From: Camelus dromedarius
Taxonomy: Eukaryota
NCBI RefSeq assembly: GCF_036321535.1
Contig: NC_087438.1
Coordinates: 11,534,001 to 11,598,000, forward strand
Direction: 5' to 3'
DNA length: 64,000 nucleotides
Shown here: positions 12,703 through 26,042 of the stretch, piece after piece
Layout: each line of letters starts with the position of its first letter
Numbering within the stretch: position 1 is the stretch's first letter
Made by a program: the position numbers and the translations under genes
The notes under the pieces: model-generated
Databases searched by the model: none
The model's input: only the letters and a program-made list of their open reading frames with translations
What the model was told of the DNA's origin: nothing

Positions 12703-13557
12703 CAAGGGTTTTAGTCTCAATAGCACACTTTCCAATTCTTGGAAATACAACCTTGCTTCCTCTTCATTTCCTTGTTTGGGGGCTACATACTGAGAATTTG
12801 AGTTTTAGGAGATGCCCGATCCTCTCGAGCCCTTTCCCATCCAATTCTCATAATATGCATTTATCCATTTCCTTAAATCCCACACTGGGCAACCCTTTTC
12901 TTCCCAAACTTTCAAAATATTTCCAAAGCAATACAGGCATGTGCTTTAGTGATTCATCTTACTTCCTCCTCTGCAATTAAATCCTCCTTGTTCATCAGAG
13001 TTGAGGCCATAGGAGTAATTCTCCTATTTGCTTCTTCTCTCTTTGGAAAAATAAACTTGTAAGAAAAGTTGGTCAAGAATGTATCAGAAATTCTACTTTC
13101 AGCCCAATGATACTCCAGCAGATGGTCACAGGACTGAGTCCCCACAGACTCCTCCTCTGGCCCCAGTTTAGCGATCTGTGTCTATGAAGCATCTTCTGTT
13201 CCATCTAGTTGAGCTACCTGTGTTTTGTGCAAAGAGCAATTATATTACTGTCTCCCTTTACCTGCCCTACATCGTGCATTTTCTGACATGCTTCCATTTT
13301 TGGTTTTATAGTTTTCCAAGCAGATATATATATACACACATATATACACACATATACATATAGACACATATATATATCCTTAATTGTCTTAGATGTGATT
13401 GTTTTAGTAGAATTTGAACTAGGTTAGATGTAAAGAAGAACCTAATTGGCTTTTGTAAAAAACCACAGAAGTGCAAGTATGCATAAAATCATGAGTTCAG
13501 ATGCCGTTAGAACACTCTGGGTTTCACCTCGTCCTCTTTGAGCCGTGCAGGGATTCT

Positions 13558-13945
13558 GTAGTGAATTTGTGACATGCTGCTTCCAGGACTAAAACACTTA
13601 TCCCCACTATTGCCCTTAATTGTCAGCCATCTTCAAGAATTGCCTTGACTAAAGAGTTATGCAGCCCAAGTTCATGCCCACTTTCCAGGGCAGCCCACAT
13701 CCAGTGACCGGTCTTTTCAGTAGTATAAAGGCTTGGTCTCTTACCCTGCCTGAGGATAACTCTGACGACCCATCCTCCTTCAGTGCCCCCTGTGTGGCCA
13801 GCCAAGTCCTTCACTGAGAGTGCATCTCAGCCCCACATTTTCCACTGCTTCCTTTCTCTTCTTTCCCCACAACTATTGATCCCAAGAGCACTCCCTAAAA
13901 AAAAACTAAAGCAACTAATCTCTATCTCAGGATCTAAACTTCAAC
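13558..13945 (+). mobile_element. ERVL solo LTR (LTR16-like)
   Basis: GGGCAGCCCACATCCAGTGAC, TATA-like GTATAAAGG, and GATCCCAAGAGCACTCCCTAA...CTAATCTCTATCTCAG at the 3' end. Confidence 0.7.
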
Positions 13946-15398
13946 AGCTTCCCATCTTTCGATCTTTGACATCTTTGAGGAAAGGGACTTCTATTTGCCA
14001 ACTTCAACAAATCCCAAAAAAGACTCTCATTGACCTTTAATAGCGTCTAACTGAGTGGCCTGGACTGCCCTCTGTGCCCAGTGTCAGCATATTGGACAGC
14101 ACAGCTCTGGACCAATTATTGCTGCCTGGCACCTGAGATGTGATGGACTCACCCTGAGGGAGGTGTCCACCCTTCCACCAATGTCTTTGGGCAGTGAGAC
14201 AAGATTATGTGCCTCCCATTTGAGTCTCAAGAGTTGGAGTAGGGAGAAATGATCCCCTAAAATAAGTGAGGTGTATAGCACAGAAATTGCACTGAGAAGA
14301 CCCACGGGAGCCTGATACGCTTCTGCCTCCTTTTGTGTATCTTTGTCTGGTGAAGAGATAGTCCCTTCCATGACCATATTCCAATCTCGAGTCCTATCCT
14401 GTGCAGAGCGTAGGTGATCTTGTCCCTGTCTTCTCTAGTTCATGTCATTTGTTACTAACAACCATATATTGACACTGAAGCATGTGAGTACATGTTTAAT
14501 TTGTTATTTTTCAGAAGGTATGGAAATTTCACCTTTATGATATTTGCCATAGTAAACCAATGTAGTGTTTGTTTTTTTTTTTTTTTTGGAGATGTTCTCC
14601 AAAAGTTTGCCTCACCCCAGACTTACTACACAGACTAGGCCCATGAGCATTTATTTGTAAATATGTGCCTATTGGTTTTGAAGTGTAGCCTGAATTAGGA
14701 AAGACTCTCCGACTACTGCTGGTGCCACATGGGTAATTATTATTGTAAATTCTGACCTGCCCCTCAGTGTTTAACTGAATTATATCTCAAAACCTTTCCA
14801 AATAAATGCACCCAGGACCTAGCCACAGTCTCTTGACTATCACCTGGGAGATGACTAGGAAAATGGGCTTTAGAGTGTCCCGGACATTGAGAGGGCACTG
14901 TCCACACAGGGAAGTGGCTGGAGGCTAAAGGAAGCTTCAGGACTGAGCCAAACATCATGTTCTCTCTCTGAACGTTCAGACCTTGATGTGCTGGCTGCTC
15001 CTTCTTAAATTCAAAAGGATCCCCAAAGCCCAAAGAGTTCGAGAGAGGCCCTAAACCTAAATCCAAGGGAAATAAAATTTCAATCTTTATGCATCATTTC
15101 ACCCAACAGATGTATTCTTTCTGCCAAATCATCCTTAGTCTTTCTATCCTTTTGTCAAAGTCTGCTCTTCTAAATCCCACTCACTGTACGTTGTTAATAG
15201 CTGTTAAATTATTTAAAAGTTAAATTTATTTTAACAAATTCTCAAAGGGATCATGAGGAGAATGTATATCTTATCTTGGAAATTTGGGGATTTGCTTCTG
15301 AAATTACATTGAATGAAAGTAGCCCTGAGGAAAGTAACAGAAAGAAAAAGATGCCCAAACTTTAAAGCCCCCAATCTGCTTCTGATAAGTCAATTTTA

Positions 15399-15399
15399 T

Positions 15400-15434
<35 letters not shown>

Positions 15435-15670
15435 GTTGAACAGCTCACATTTATAGAGTTCTTACTATGTGTTGAGGATCATATAAGGTATTTCCCATGT
15501 ATTACTGCACTTTTCCCTTAAAACAGTCCTGTGAGGTTGGTAGATCCTTTACGTAGCTCCGTTTTGCATCTGAGAAACTGAATAAGCTGTCCACGCATTC
15601 CTGAACTTCCAGTTAGTTAATGGCAGGGACAGGACTTGTATTGACTCCAAGTAAGAGTCCTTAATCACTG
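15399..15670 (-). mobile_element. MIR SINE with expanded (AAT)n at its tail
   Basis: (AAT)n at 15399-15433, then ACATTTATAGAGTTCTTACTATGTG...CCTGTGAGGT...GAGAAACTGA. Confidence 0.7.
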
Positions 15671-16017
15671 AGTTGGGCTTCCCTTTGTCTGCCCAGGGCA
15701 CATGACCATTTGCCAACTTTTCTAGACGATTGCATACTTGAAGGGTTTTGATCTGTGTTTGGAAGACTTTCAGATCTATTGATTTAATAACTTGTTCATT
15801 AGAGTGGACAAGAGTTATTCTCCAGGCAATGCAAAGCAGGTAAGAAGAACACATTTCCTTGAATGGGTAGCTGTTCACAAAGTTTATGGTATGTGTTTAT
15901 GTTATGCTCATTGGACCATGACAATTAAAGTGAAATAAAAAACAATTTCTTGTCAGATTCTTTTTTCTTCTCTTTTTTGTTTATTGGTTTAATCTTTGAG
16001 TTACAACAGATACTTAG

Positions 16018-16195
16018 ACCAGGAATTTTAACCTTTTAAGGTTATGGATCCTTTTGAGATGACTGAAAGATATGAAATAATTTTCTAGAAAAATCCTTAT
16101 ATCCACATGCTTGCAAAAGTTATCTAAATTTTGGAAGATTTAGAGAAACCCTGAAAAAACCTGTCTGTGGAGACTTAAGAATCTAAGAAACCCAT
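16018..16195. mobile_element. MER103-like hAT fossil
   Basis: CCAGGAATTTTAACCTTTT...GGATCCTTTTGAGA...GAAAGATATG...AGAAAAAT...TAAGAAACCC resembles MER103C. Confidence 0.55.
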
Positions 16196-16624
16196 TTTAA
16201 GTACTTCTAATTTAATAAAATAAGCCCAAAGTCCTCTTTTGTGTCAAAGGAAACATCAGAAAAGAGAGACCCAGAAAGCATTCTCTTCTCTCTCCATCTC
16301 CTCAGCTTCTCAGGATGGACCTCAGGGATCCCCAGCCCCATTGCCAGGGCCACCACCCTCAGGTGTGCAGGCTGGGCCCTGTGCAAGTGTGGCTGGCTAA
16401 GGAAATGAGGGGGGACTGAATTACAGTTGTGTCTTGCTTGCTGACCATGTACCCTAGCACTGGACCACATCCACCAAGAGTGAGCATCTTTTTCTAATCT
16501 GCACGAGGATGTCTGTATATGGGCCAGCCAGTGTCCTACACGACCAATTACACCCTGGACCATGCAGCAACCAGAAATGCCCTGACTGTGGAGAAGTTTC
16601 CCCTGTCACAAAACCAAAAAGATC

Positions 16625-17958
16625 CTCACAAAAATTAACTCAAAATGGATTAAAGACTTAAATGCAAAACCTGAAACCATAAAATTCCTGGAAAAAAATG
16701 CAAGAAAAGAAAATCTCCTTGACACTGGTCTTGGCGATGATTTTATGGATATGGCACCTAAAACACAAGCAACAAAAGCAAAAATGAACAGGCGGGACGG
16801 CATCAAAGTGAAAAGCTTCCACACAGCAAAGGAAGCAGCCAACAAAATGAAAAGGCAACCTACAGAACGGGAGAAAACATCTGCCAACCATGTATCTAAT
16901 AAGGGTTAAGGTCCAAAACATATACAGAACACATACAACTCAGTAGCAAAAAACAAAAATCAAAACCCAAACAAACAAAAAACCCGTAGACAATCCAATT
17001 CAAAAAAATGAGGAAAGGACCTGAATAGACATTTTTTTCCAAAGAAGACATACAAACGGCCAACAGTACCATGGAAAGGTGCTCAGCATCACTAATCATC
17101 AGGGAGATGCTAATCAAAACCACAGTGAGACACCAGCTCACACCTGTCAGAATGGCTACCATCAAAAAGGCAAGAGAGATCACAAGTCCTGGTGAGGATG
17201 TGGAGGGAAAAAAAAACCCACGTACACTTTGAGTGGGAATGAAAATTGGTGCAGCCACTACGGAAAACAGTATAAAGTTTCCTCAAAAAATTAAAAATAG
17301 AACTACCATATATGATTCAGCAATTCCACCTCTGGGTATTTATCTGAAGGAAATGAAATTATTATCTTAAAGAGATAGCTGTACCCACAATGTTCATTAT
17401 AGCTATCCACAATAGCAAAGACATGGAAACAGCCTTCAACAGATAAATAAAGAAAAGTGGTATATAGATAAATATGTGTGTGTGTGTGTATAATAAAAAA
17501 GAAGGATATACTGCCATTTGTGACAACAGGGCTGAATCTTGAGGGCATTGTGCTAAGTAAAATGCCCAACAGAGAAAGATAAATACTGTATGATATCACT
17601 TATATGTAGAAACTAAAAAAAAAAAAAAAAGCACTCATAGAAACCAGGGACAAGTTTGTGGTTGCCAGAGGAAGGGGGTTGTGGGGTAAGGCAAATGGGT
17701 GAAGGCTGTCAGACGGTACGACCTTTCAGTTATAAGACAGAGAAGTTCCAGGGATGTAATGTCCAACATGGTGACTATGGCTGTCAATACTATACTGCAT
17801 ATTTGAAAATTGCCAACAGAGTAGATCTTAAGCGTTCTCATCACAAGAAAACTGTTGTAATTACTTGAGGTGGTGGATGTTTAAGTAAACTTACTGTGGT
17901 GATCAGATCCCAGTATATACATATGTCAAATCATTACATCGTACACCTTAAACTTACA
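16625..17958 (+). mobile_element. 5'-truncated L1 (L1MA9-like; ORF2 3' part plus 3' UTR)
   Basis: CACAAAAATTAACTCAAAATGGATTAAAGACTTAAA...TCCAAAGAAGACATACAAA...AGAACTACCATATATGATTCAGCAATTCCAC...AGAGTAGATCTTAAGCGTTCTCATCAC...GTACACCTTAAACTTACA; reading frame decayed. Confidence 0.92.
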
Positions 17959-17959
17959 T

Positions 17960-18600
17960 TCACATTTCATTCCATCTCTGCTTTCCCTGTGTCTGGCCCC
18001 TAACCTGATGTCTTGCAGCCTTCCATTGTCTTCTGGGTTTTCATCTTTCTACCTGTCCCTCCGGATTGTGACCTTATGTGTTTTCATTGCCTTCCACAAA
18101 GGGTTGTGATGAGAAAACAGCTTTTTGGGGATTGCTGTCTGGGCGTCTTGCAGTATGAAACCCTGTTCACATCCAGAGTCTGGACATTTAGATAAGGACT
18201 CAAGTTTAGGATTCCCACTCCAAGTTCCCACTTTGCTTTTCCTAGGACACTTTTAAAAACAGCCACTTAGATGTGAGCCCATGAAGTGTTAGTGCCCTCC
18301 ACCTCAACCGCCTTGTCAGCGATAGGTGCCTGCTGCCCTGCTCTAGCCTGTTCTTGCTCCCTCATGATCAGGGACAGAGGACTGCATCTTCCTCCAGCTC
18401 ATTGCCCCATTCCTGGGATCTGTAAGTAATAAATCCTGTGGCTTGACTTCCTCTGAGCAAGTGTATTTATACTGCCAAACGCCCCGGGCGTTTTCACTTC
18501 CCCAAAGTGGGAGCTTGGATGCTGAGAGTTACCTGCTCACCCTGTGTGGATGGCTTATAACTCCTCATTAAGCCGGTCATACTCAGCATGTGCTTAATTT
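17960..18600 (+). mobile_element. Old ERVL-type LTR (MER74/LTR53-like); probable 5' part at ~16417-16610
   Basis: GGGATCTGTAAGTAATAAAT poly(A)-signal block and LTR-like composition. Family assignment tentative. Confidence 0.45.
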
Positions 18601-19061
18601 AATGCACCAGCTGCAATTGCCTCCCTCCTCCCCCACACACGGGGTGTCTCTTTTTCTTGACTCAGGGCCCTTATTACTCATCCCATCCGTATGTCTCTCT
18701 GACACGCCTCACCACACTTCCCCAAGGCCAGCACCAGCAGACAGTACCTCTCACTCCCAGGGTATGTCATATCTTCTCTGGCTTTTATGCTCAGATGTTG
18801 GATATTTCGTATTCTGGTACAAGTGATGACCGGAATGACAAAAACACACTGCAGTTTACCAGTGAGTGACTGTTGGCTGACTCCTTTGAAAGTATGATGG
18901 TGCTGAGTGCCTATTACCATTTAATCTATTCATTCTATGTGAAAATATCTTTAAGGTAAGAAAGTCTTTGAGAGCAGTGAGACCTAATGTGTAACCATCC
19001 CAGTGGCTTTTGAGTGAACGTTCGGCCTGAATTAGAGGCCCTTTTTTTTTTTTTTTTTTTA

Positions 19062-19278
19062 GTTTTTTAATTTAATTTAATTTAATTTTAGATGTTTTTG
19101 CTTTTCTTAAACATTTTATTTTTTGTGTATTTTTATCTATTTATTATTGTATTATTATTTTATTTTGACAAAGGGGGAGATAATTAGGTTTATTTATTTT
19201 TAGAGGAGGTACTGGGGATTGAACCCAGGACCTCATGCATGCTAAGCATGTGCTCTACCACATGAGCTATACCCTCCC
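19062..19278 (-). mobile_element. Vic-1-type SINE inserted in an L1 poly(A) tail
   Basis: GGAGGTACTGGGGATTGAACCCAGGACCTCATGCATGCTAAGCATGTGCTCTACCA...GAGCTATACCCTCCC is the reverse complement of the head at 1072; linker GGGGGAGATAATTAGGTTTATTTATTT present. Confidence 0.9.
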
Positions 19279-19284
19279 TTCCTT

Positions 19285-19996
19285 TTTTTAGTATTTTTTT
19301 TTTAATTGAAGTACCATCAGTTTCAATGTGTCAGTTTCTGGTGTACAGCACAATGTCCTAGTCATGCACATACATACATATATTCATTTTCATAGTCTTT
19401 TTCATTAAAGGTTACTACAAGATATTGAACATAATTCCCTATGCTATACCGAAGAAACTTTTTTAAAATCTATTTTTATATATAGTGGCTAACATTTGTA
19501 AATCTCAAACTCCCAAACTTATCCCTTCCCACCCCCTTTCTCTGGTAACCATAAGATTGTTTACTATGTCTGTGAGTCTATTTCTGTTTTGTAGACGAAT
19601 TCATAGTGTCCTTTTTTTTCTTCTTCTTCTTTTTTTTAGATTCTACATATGAGTGATGTCATGTGGTATTTCTCTTTCTGTTTCTGGTTTACTTCACTTA
19701 GAATGACGATCTCCAGTTCCATCCGTGTTGCTGCAAATGGCATTATTTTATTCTTTTTTATGGCTGAGTAGTAGTCCATTGTGTAAATATACCACAAATT
19801 CTTTATCCAGTCAGCTGTCAATGGACGTTTAGGTTGCTTCCATGTCTCGGCTATTGTATGTAGTGCTGCTATGAACATTGGGGTGCATGTATCTTTTTGA
19901 ATTAGAATTCATTCCAGATATATGCTCAGGAGTGGGATTTCTGGATCATATGGTAAGTCTATTTTTCATTTTTTGAGGCTGTTTTCCGTGATGGCT
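19285..19996 (-). mobile_element. Relatively young 5'-truncated L1 (ORF2 C-terminus plus 3' UTR)
   Basis: ORF 19636-19878 (MFIAALHTIAETWKQPKRPLTADWIKNLWYIYTMDYYSAIKKN...) is the recognisable L1 ORF2p C-terminus; 3' UTR similar to the copies at 2625, 33863 and 46196. Confidence 0.93.
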
Positions 19997-21289
19997 GGAG
20001 GCCTTTCTTACAACACAGTTAAGATGCCTCCATAGAGACACTGTCAGTGTTGGCATTGGAGGGACGGGGAAGTTATCACAGTGCAGCAGCCTTCCTGGCA
20101 GTTCTTGGTGGGGTGTTGATTTGTCCCTGAGGCCAGTTCCTATGCCAACATTCTGTCACTTAGACTGTTGGTGAATTGTTCCAGAACAGGTCAAGCTATG
20201 CACACTTAGCATCATTTTTGACTGTCAGGGGCAGCGCAATGAAAGGAACATTTGCTCTGGTCCAGGGACATAGGACAAAGGGAAGAGGAGATGAAGAGAA
20301 GCAGAGAAGCAGACCAACAACTAAAATAGCTCAGCGAATGTCAGTAATGCAACATTCCAAAAATAGTCTATTGAGTTTTACTTTGAATAATGAGTGTGTC
20401 TGGAAAAGAGAACTATTAAGGGCCATAAGCATTTACAGAAATGCTCCCATCCTAAAGAAATGAGGAATAGTTAGATGGGGCTATGGAGGATTATGCAGCA
20501 ACAAATGTAGTCAGTTTCCATTATAATCTTCTATTTGGAATTGCATGTAACTCATTTGTGGTGCTGTTGGGTTTTGATACTGAGACAGATATACCCTGAG
20601 GTATATTTTATAAGCGAAGAAAATAAATAAGAGGGTTTTCCATAGATCTAAGAAAGGTTAATCCTTTTCAACTGAAAAGCTCCTATGCTTGCCTGTGGGA
20701 CTTAGTAAATTTGGGTTTCCCTGAATAGTTTTTGGTTTTTTCCAATAAGTAAGTATAGCTAACTTCTATTTTAGGTAAATAATGTGAAGGTAAGATTTGA
20801 GAGATGTTAATTTTTATAGTAAGCCCATGACTGATTGGCAGTTTAGAGGAAAATAGGACAGGAAATGTGCAAAAGTAGTTCATGACTAACGGGAAGGGAG
20901 GAGAAAAATAAGAAGAAATAGAATAATAATGCCTTGGATTTTTACACTGCTTTAACATTTATAAAATACTTTTCTCACTGGGATATAGACTTCTTAAAAA
21001 TAAGAAATTTGTCTTAATTAATGTTTGATTTCTCAATCCTTAACATAATGTCTGGCTGACAGTAGAATTCAGTAAGTATTAGCTACTTGAATATACCAAA
21101 GAGAAGCTGAATGAAAGAATTCACTGTTTTAGTTAATTTTTGCTACAATCCTATAAGTTTGGATTTACTTTCTTGATTTACATTGAAGAATTTGAGACAC
21201 AGAGAGAAGAAATCTCTAAGATCACATGAGTCAATAGTAGAGACAGAATTCTAGACCCAGTTTTCTGCCCTTGGCCAGAATATTTTTTA

Positions 21290-21855
21290 CAGAAACCTGT
21301 AAATATGATATATTACATAGCAAAAGAGGCTTTACAGATGTAATTAAAATTAAGAATCTTAAAATTGGGATATTGTCCAAGATAATCTGATGGGTTTAAT
21401 CTAATCACATGGGTCCTTCAAAGCAGAGAGCTTCCTCTAGCTGAAGCGAGAGGACGGCAACAGAAGGGAAAGTTGGAGAGATTCAGAGCATGGAAGACAC
21501 TCAGCCCACCTCTGCTGGAGGGGCCACATGGAAATCCTGAGAAGCAATGCGGACATCCATAGGAGAAGAGACTGACCCTCAGCTGACAGCCAGAGAGGAA
21601 GTGAAGATTTCAGTCTTATAGTCACAAGGAACTGGATTTGACCAACAATTTGGTCAAAGTAGACTCAACTCTAAAACTTCCATATAAGAGTCCAGTCTTT
21701 CCATTACCTCGATTTAGGCCTCGTGAGACCCTGCACAGAGGTCTCTGTTGAGTCCACTGGACTTCTGACCTACAGAAACTGTGAGACAGTAAATGGAAGT
21801 GTTTTTAAGCCAATATCTTTGTGGCAATTTGTTATGACAGCAACAGAAAATACTG
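21290..21855 (+). mobile_element. MaLR solo LTR (MLT1D/E-like)
   Basis: GCTTTACAGATGTAATTAA, TCTAATCACATGGGTCCTT, GACTTCTGACCTACAGAAACTGTGAGA, GGCAATTTGTTATGACAGCAACAGAAAA. Confidence 0.82.
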
Positions 21856-22944
21856 CAGCCAATGAAAGTCATGTGACCAAGCTGAACGTCAGAGCTCAAG
21901 GGAGACAACTCTGTCTACCATTTGGCTGTGGCCAATCTTGAATGTAATACTAGAGGACAGGGAAAAACTGGAGCTGATTTTAAACTTCTCCAGTAGAACT
22001 GAAGCAAAAGTAGAACACCGGCTGCGTAGAAGAAGTTTAGTTAAAATTATTAACAGGTGGGGAGGCCATTGTTAAAACATTTCCCAAGAAGCAACAGCCC
22101 AGAAAGAAGAGATATTTAAATAAGGTGTTAAACCAGAGGAGTCGTTGAGTGATTTTTGGCAAAGGTAGTTTTGACCAGCACCTGGGGTTGGGGTGGCGTT
22201 TATAAGTTTCCCCCAAAACAAGGGACTGTTTAGTGTGCGGTATGGAGTGGAAGTTAGCACTGTAGGATTAATATGCTAGGTGGCATCCACAACTAAGGTT
22301 CCATTAGTCATTCACTTCTGTGTAGTTTGCCCCTTGAGATTTTCTCAGCAATTTATTAATGTATGTTTGTATTTCACAAAGTGGATTCTAAATATCCATG
22401 GCAAAAACCCCAAGAACTGTATGTCATGCATGGTTATGGTCCTGCAGTGAGGAAAAGAGAATCTTCTCTTTTCTCTTGGATGGTAGTGGCATAAATTATT
22501 GTGATAGTATCTCCCAAGGGCCCAGGGATAAGCTGAAAATGGGTCCTTTGGGATTTTAAGGAGAGGATTATTTTTGGCCTTCTCTTATGTTCGGCCTTGC
22601 ATCTATAATCCTGGCTGGCCAGGGCAATGAGTCACCTAGCAACCAGTGCTAAGGGTCCGGGTCCTGCATCTGCCAAGGACATGGAGTTAATAACTCTTCT
22701 CTAGGGAAATCTCGTTTGAAGACAACAGTTCACTATGGGTATGTGGCGGATAGTCTATATATAGCTCTCTGCTGGGCTGCTCAATTTTATCAGTTTACAA
22801 GACCCAGGGGAATTCAAGATAAAGCAATCTATCTATCCCAAGATGGGCTCTCTTTATGTGTGGGGGAAATCTGTGTCCATTTCCACATCCAGGAAAAATG
22901 AGCTCCTGTGTCTGAGAAGCCATCTTCTCTAGATGGGGGGATCT

Positions 22945-23120
22945 GGAGAGTAGTGGTTCAAGGTGTCAGATCCTGAGTACACAGGAATCCCGGCTCTCCT
23001 CCAACTTAACTGTGTGACTTTGGGTAAAGTCCTTCATCTCTCTAGACCCAATGTTATCAATTTGTAAACAGGGGCTATAATCCTACCCACCTCACAGGCA
23101 GGGAGCCGTTTTGAGGATCG
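22945..23120 (+). mobile_element. MIR SINE fragment
   Basis: AATCCCGGCTCT...ACTGTGTGACTTTGGGTAAAGT...TGTAAACAGGGG...CCCACCTCACAGG. Confidence 0.65.
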
Positions 23121-23954
23121 AATTGTAGCTGCTGCTGTCACGATTCAGGGTCAAACAGAATGTAATCTCCTGAATTGTAGGAGAAGAGGTTTAAGGTTGA
23201 TATAAAAAGGTGCTTCCCAGAAGAAAGAGTTTCAAATCTTACAGTGAAAATTTATGGAAGCTCCTTCCACGAAGGCCTTTGAAAATAATCCCAACTATAA
23301 AATTATGTGACAGATGTTTCTGGCCATTCAAGAATTTATATAGTCAAGTGACTGTCATCACCTCAAAGTTACCACCATGGGAATTTACACACTGAACCTA
23401 AAGATATTGCTTTTGGGCAAACTCTCTTTGCCCAAATACCTCATCACCGAGGCAGCCTTCAGAGAATGTAATGTACTCCTTTGACATTCCTTTATCGAGG
23501 ACAGTTGTCATCTTTGGAGGGCTGATGTGACTTAGAAATACCCAAAGAGTCGTTTAGAGCCAGTGAAGAGAGGTGGCTGTACAGTGAGAGAGAATCTAAT
23601 AAGGCTCAAACAAACACTTGCACTGACATTTGCAGACATCGGTTCTAAAGTATATGAATAGATTAGAAATGAAAGTAACTTCTTGTGGCCTATCATGTAA
23701 AGCTTTCGTTCCAGATGCATTGGAACTTGCCTTTCTTTCTTAGATGGCTGAAACACAATTGTCTACCATGATCTTTGTCCTTTGTTTTGAGTCTGAAATA
23801 TTTCATAATAAAAAGTCTCTTCAAAAGACTAATTTTGGAACTAAATAAAATAGAGCCATCTAGCTTTCCCCAAAGCCACCTCTTCTTAGCTTGTCTCAGG
23901 ACCTCACACTATTTTTCCCATTTCATGATTTGGTCACAAGCAGTCTCTTTAAGT

Positions 23955-24778
23955 CTTCCAGTTCCGTTCCCCACGTAAGGAGCTTGGAAGTTGCCGCTCT
24001 GTCCTAACATCGAGTAACAAGCTCAACAGACTGAAAAATCAGCAACTCTTCTTGGATCCATTAGAGGAGGGAGGGCACACGGCAAACTGCTGCTCTGGGT
24101 CTGGAGGGACAAACAGGCGCATCCAGGGAGTGGAGGCTTCCCTGAGCAGAGACTCTGGGGTAGAAACAGCATGGGAACCAGTGGTTTAAGGCAGTCTTAA
24201 ACCACAGTTGAAGAATTGCTGGAGGCTCAGTGCAGGAACTCCTGAGAGTTTAAAACTCCAGTGGGACCAAGTCATAAGGGGATGCTCACAATATTGTGAG
24301 ATTTAACTCCAAGAGCTCAGCTGGATTCTTATCCTAAATAAATCCTCTTGGGGTTCCAGCAGGGGGAGGGGATGGGGAAAAATTTCAAAATCTGCCAGAG
24401 CATTCTGGTCTCCTTAACAAGGACTGCCCTCAGGGGAAGCTGGTTAACCAGAGCCTAACCTGCTGGGGCATTATCAGAGCTTGACTGATGAGAAGGAGGG
24501 AAATACCCAACTCCTGCTGGCTTTAGTCACCCTGTCCAACCTAAAGGGGGAGAAAAAACTGAGAAACACTTGTGAAGTTCACAGCCGAGAGGCACAGACT
24601 CACTCCAAGACTGAGACCCCATCACAGACTACAGATCCCTTCCCCTCTCCCTGCACCTCAGCAGCTCATTAGTAAAGGCTTATTTACAGAAGTTCCTTTT
24701 CCCCAGTACAAGATATCCAGCTATTAAAAAAGAAAAATATTCTGTAAGAAAAAAAATTACAAGGCATACCAAAAAGCA

Positions 24779-24817
<39 letters not shown>

Positions 24818-25295
24818 ATACATACCTCCAAACCAAAAACAAACAAGAAACTCCACCACAATTTGAAGACACAGAGCAAGCATCAGAACCAGACATGGCA
24901 GGGATGTTGAAATCATCAGACCAAGAATTTAAAACGACTATGATTAAGATGCTGAAGGGCTCGAATGGGTAAAGTAGGCAACATGCAAGACCAGGTGGGC
25001 AAAGTAAGCAGAGGGATAGAAATCCTAAGAAAAACAAAAAAGAAATGCTAGAGTTAAAAAAATATATATGATAATAGAAATGAAGACTGTCTTTGATGGG
25101 CTGATTAGTAGATTGGACACAGTTAAAGAAAGACTCTGAGAGCTGGAAGATATATCAATAGAGTCCTCGGAACCAAAGAACAAATAGAGCAAAGTTTGAA
25201 AACAGCCCAGAATACCCAAGGTCTGTGGAACCACTGTAGAAGGTGTTACATCTGCATCATGGGAGTACCAGAAGAAGAAAGAGGGAAAGGACCAG
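23955..25295 (+). mobile_element. Old L1 5' region (L1MD/L1M4-like 5' UTR plus decayed ORF1 start)
   Basis: GAGCAAGCATCAGAACCAGACATGGCAGGGATGTTGAAATCATCAGACCAAGAATTTAAAACGACTATGATTAAGATGCT...GATGGGCTGATTAGTAGATTGGACACAG; internal (AAAT)n at 24778-24820. Confidence 0.8.
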
Positions 25296-26042
25296 AGTCT
25301 ATTTAACTCTGTTAAATAGTAGCATTTCTAATCTACCTTAAGATATGGATTCTGTTTACTTGAGGGTCACATTTCATCAGCGGGGACCCACATAACATAC
25401 ACTGATAAGTGCATATGATTGAAGTTTCCTCTCCCTTTGTGGTCAGAGTCTTGCTTTCCAACTGCAAGCAAATGGCACAGGACACACTCAGGCTCCTAGT
25501 GGATATCCTCACAAATGTGAGTAAACTATCTGCGTGCCAAATCCTAGAAAGGTAACTGTCCTCTTGAACACTGGTGTGCCTACCGTTCTGGTGAAACAAG
25601 TTAGCAAAAGAGGGGCCCAGTGCAGGAGTAATGAGGCAGATGGACTGGAAGAAAAATATAGAGTCCACAACAGGAAAGAATTTGCATGGAAAATCTCCAA
25701 GTTTTTCAGGGCCAAAAATTTCAGCCCTTTTCTTAGATCTACTTTTCTAGCACTCCTCCACCCCAGCACAGTCATTTTGTTCTGAAATCCACCAGGGAGC
25801 TGTATCACCTCAGGGCCTGTGCTCCAGGGAAGGACCCCCCCCCCCGCCCCACCATATACAGGAAAAGTAGATTCTTACACCTGGTCTTCTAAACCATCTC
25901 TGGTGAGGCCACTGAAACAGAGTCTGGACAAGTGTATCCTAGTGATTAATGATCTCAAGACCCTTGTCATCAGGCCAGCTGCAGAACTGTGGGGTAACCA
26001 TTCTGTCCCAGTGCTGGCCCTCTGTCCTGGCTGAGCCTAGTC

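Noticed and set aside
19636..19878. 80-aa ORF as a host CDS
   Set aside because: It is the L1 ORF2p C-terminus within a truncated element.
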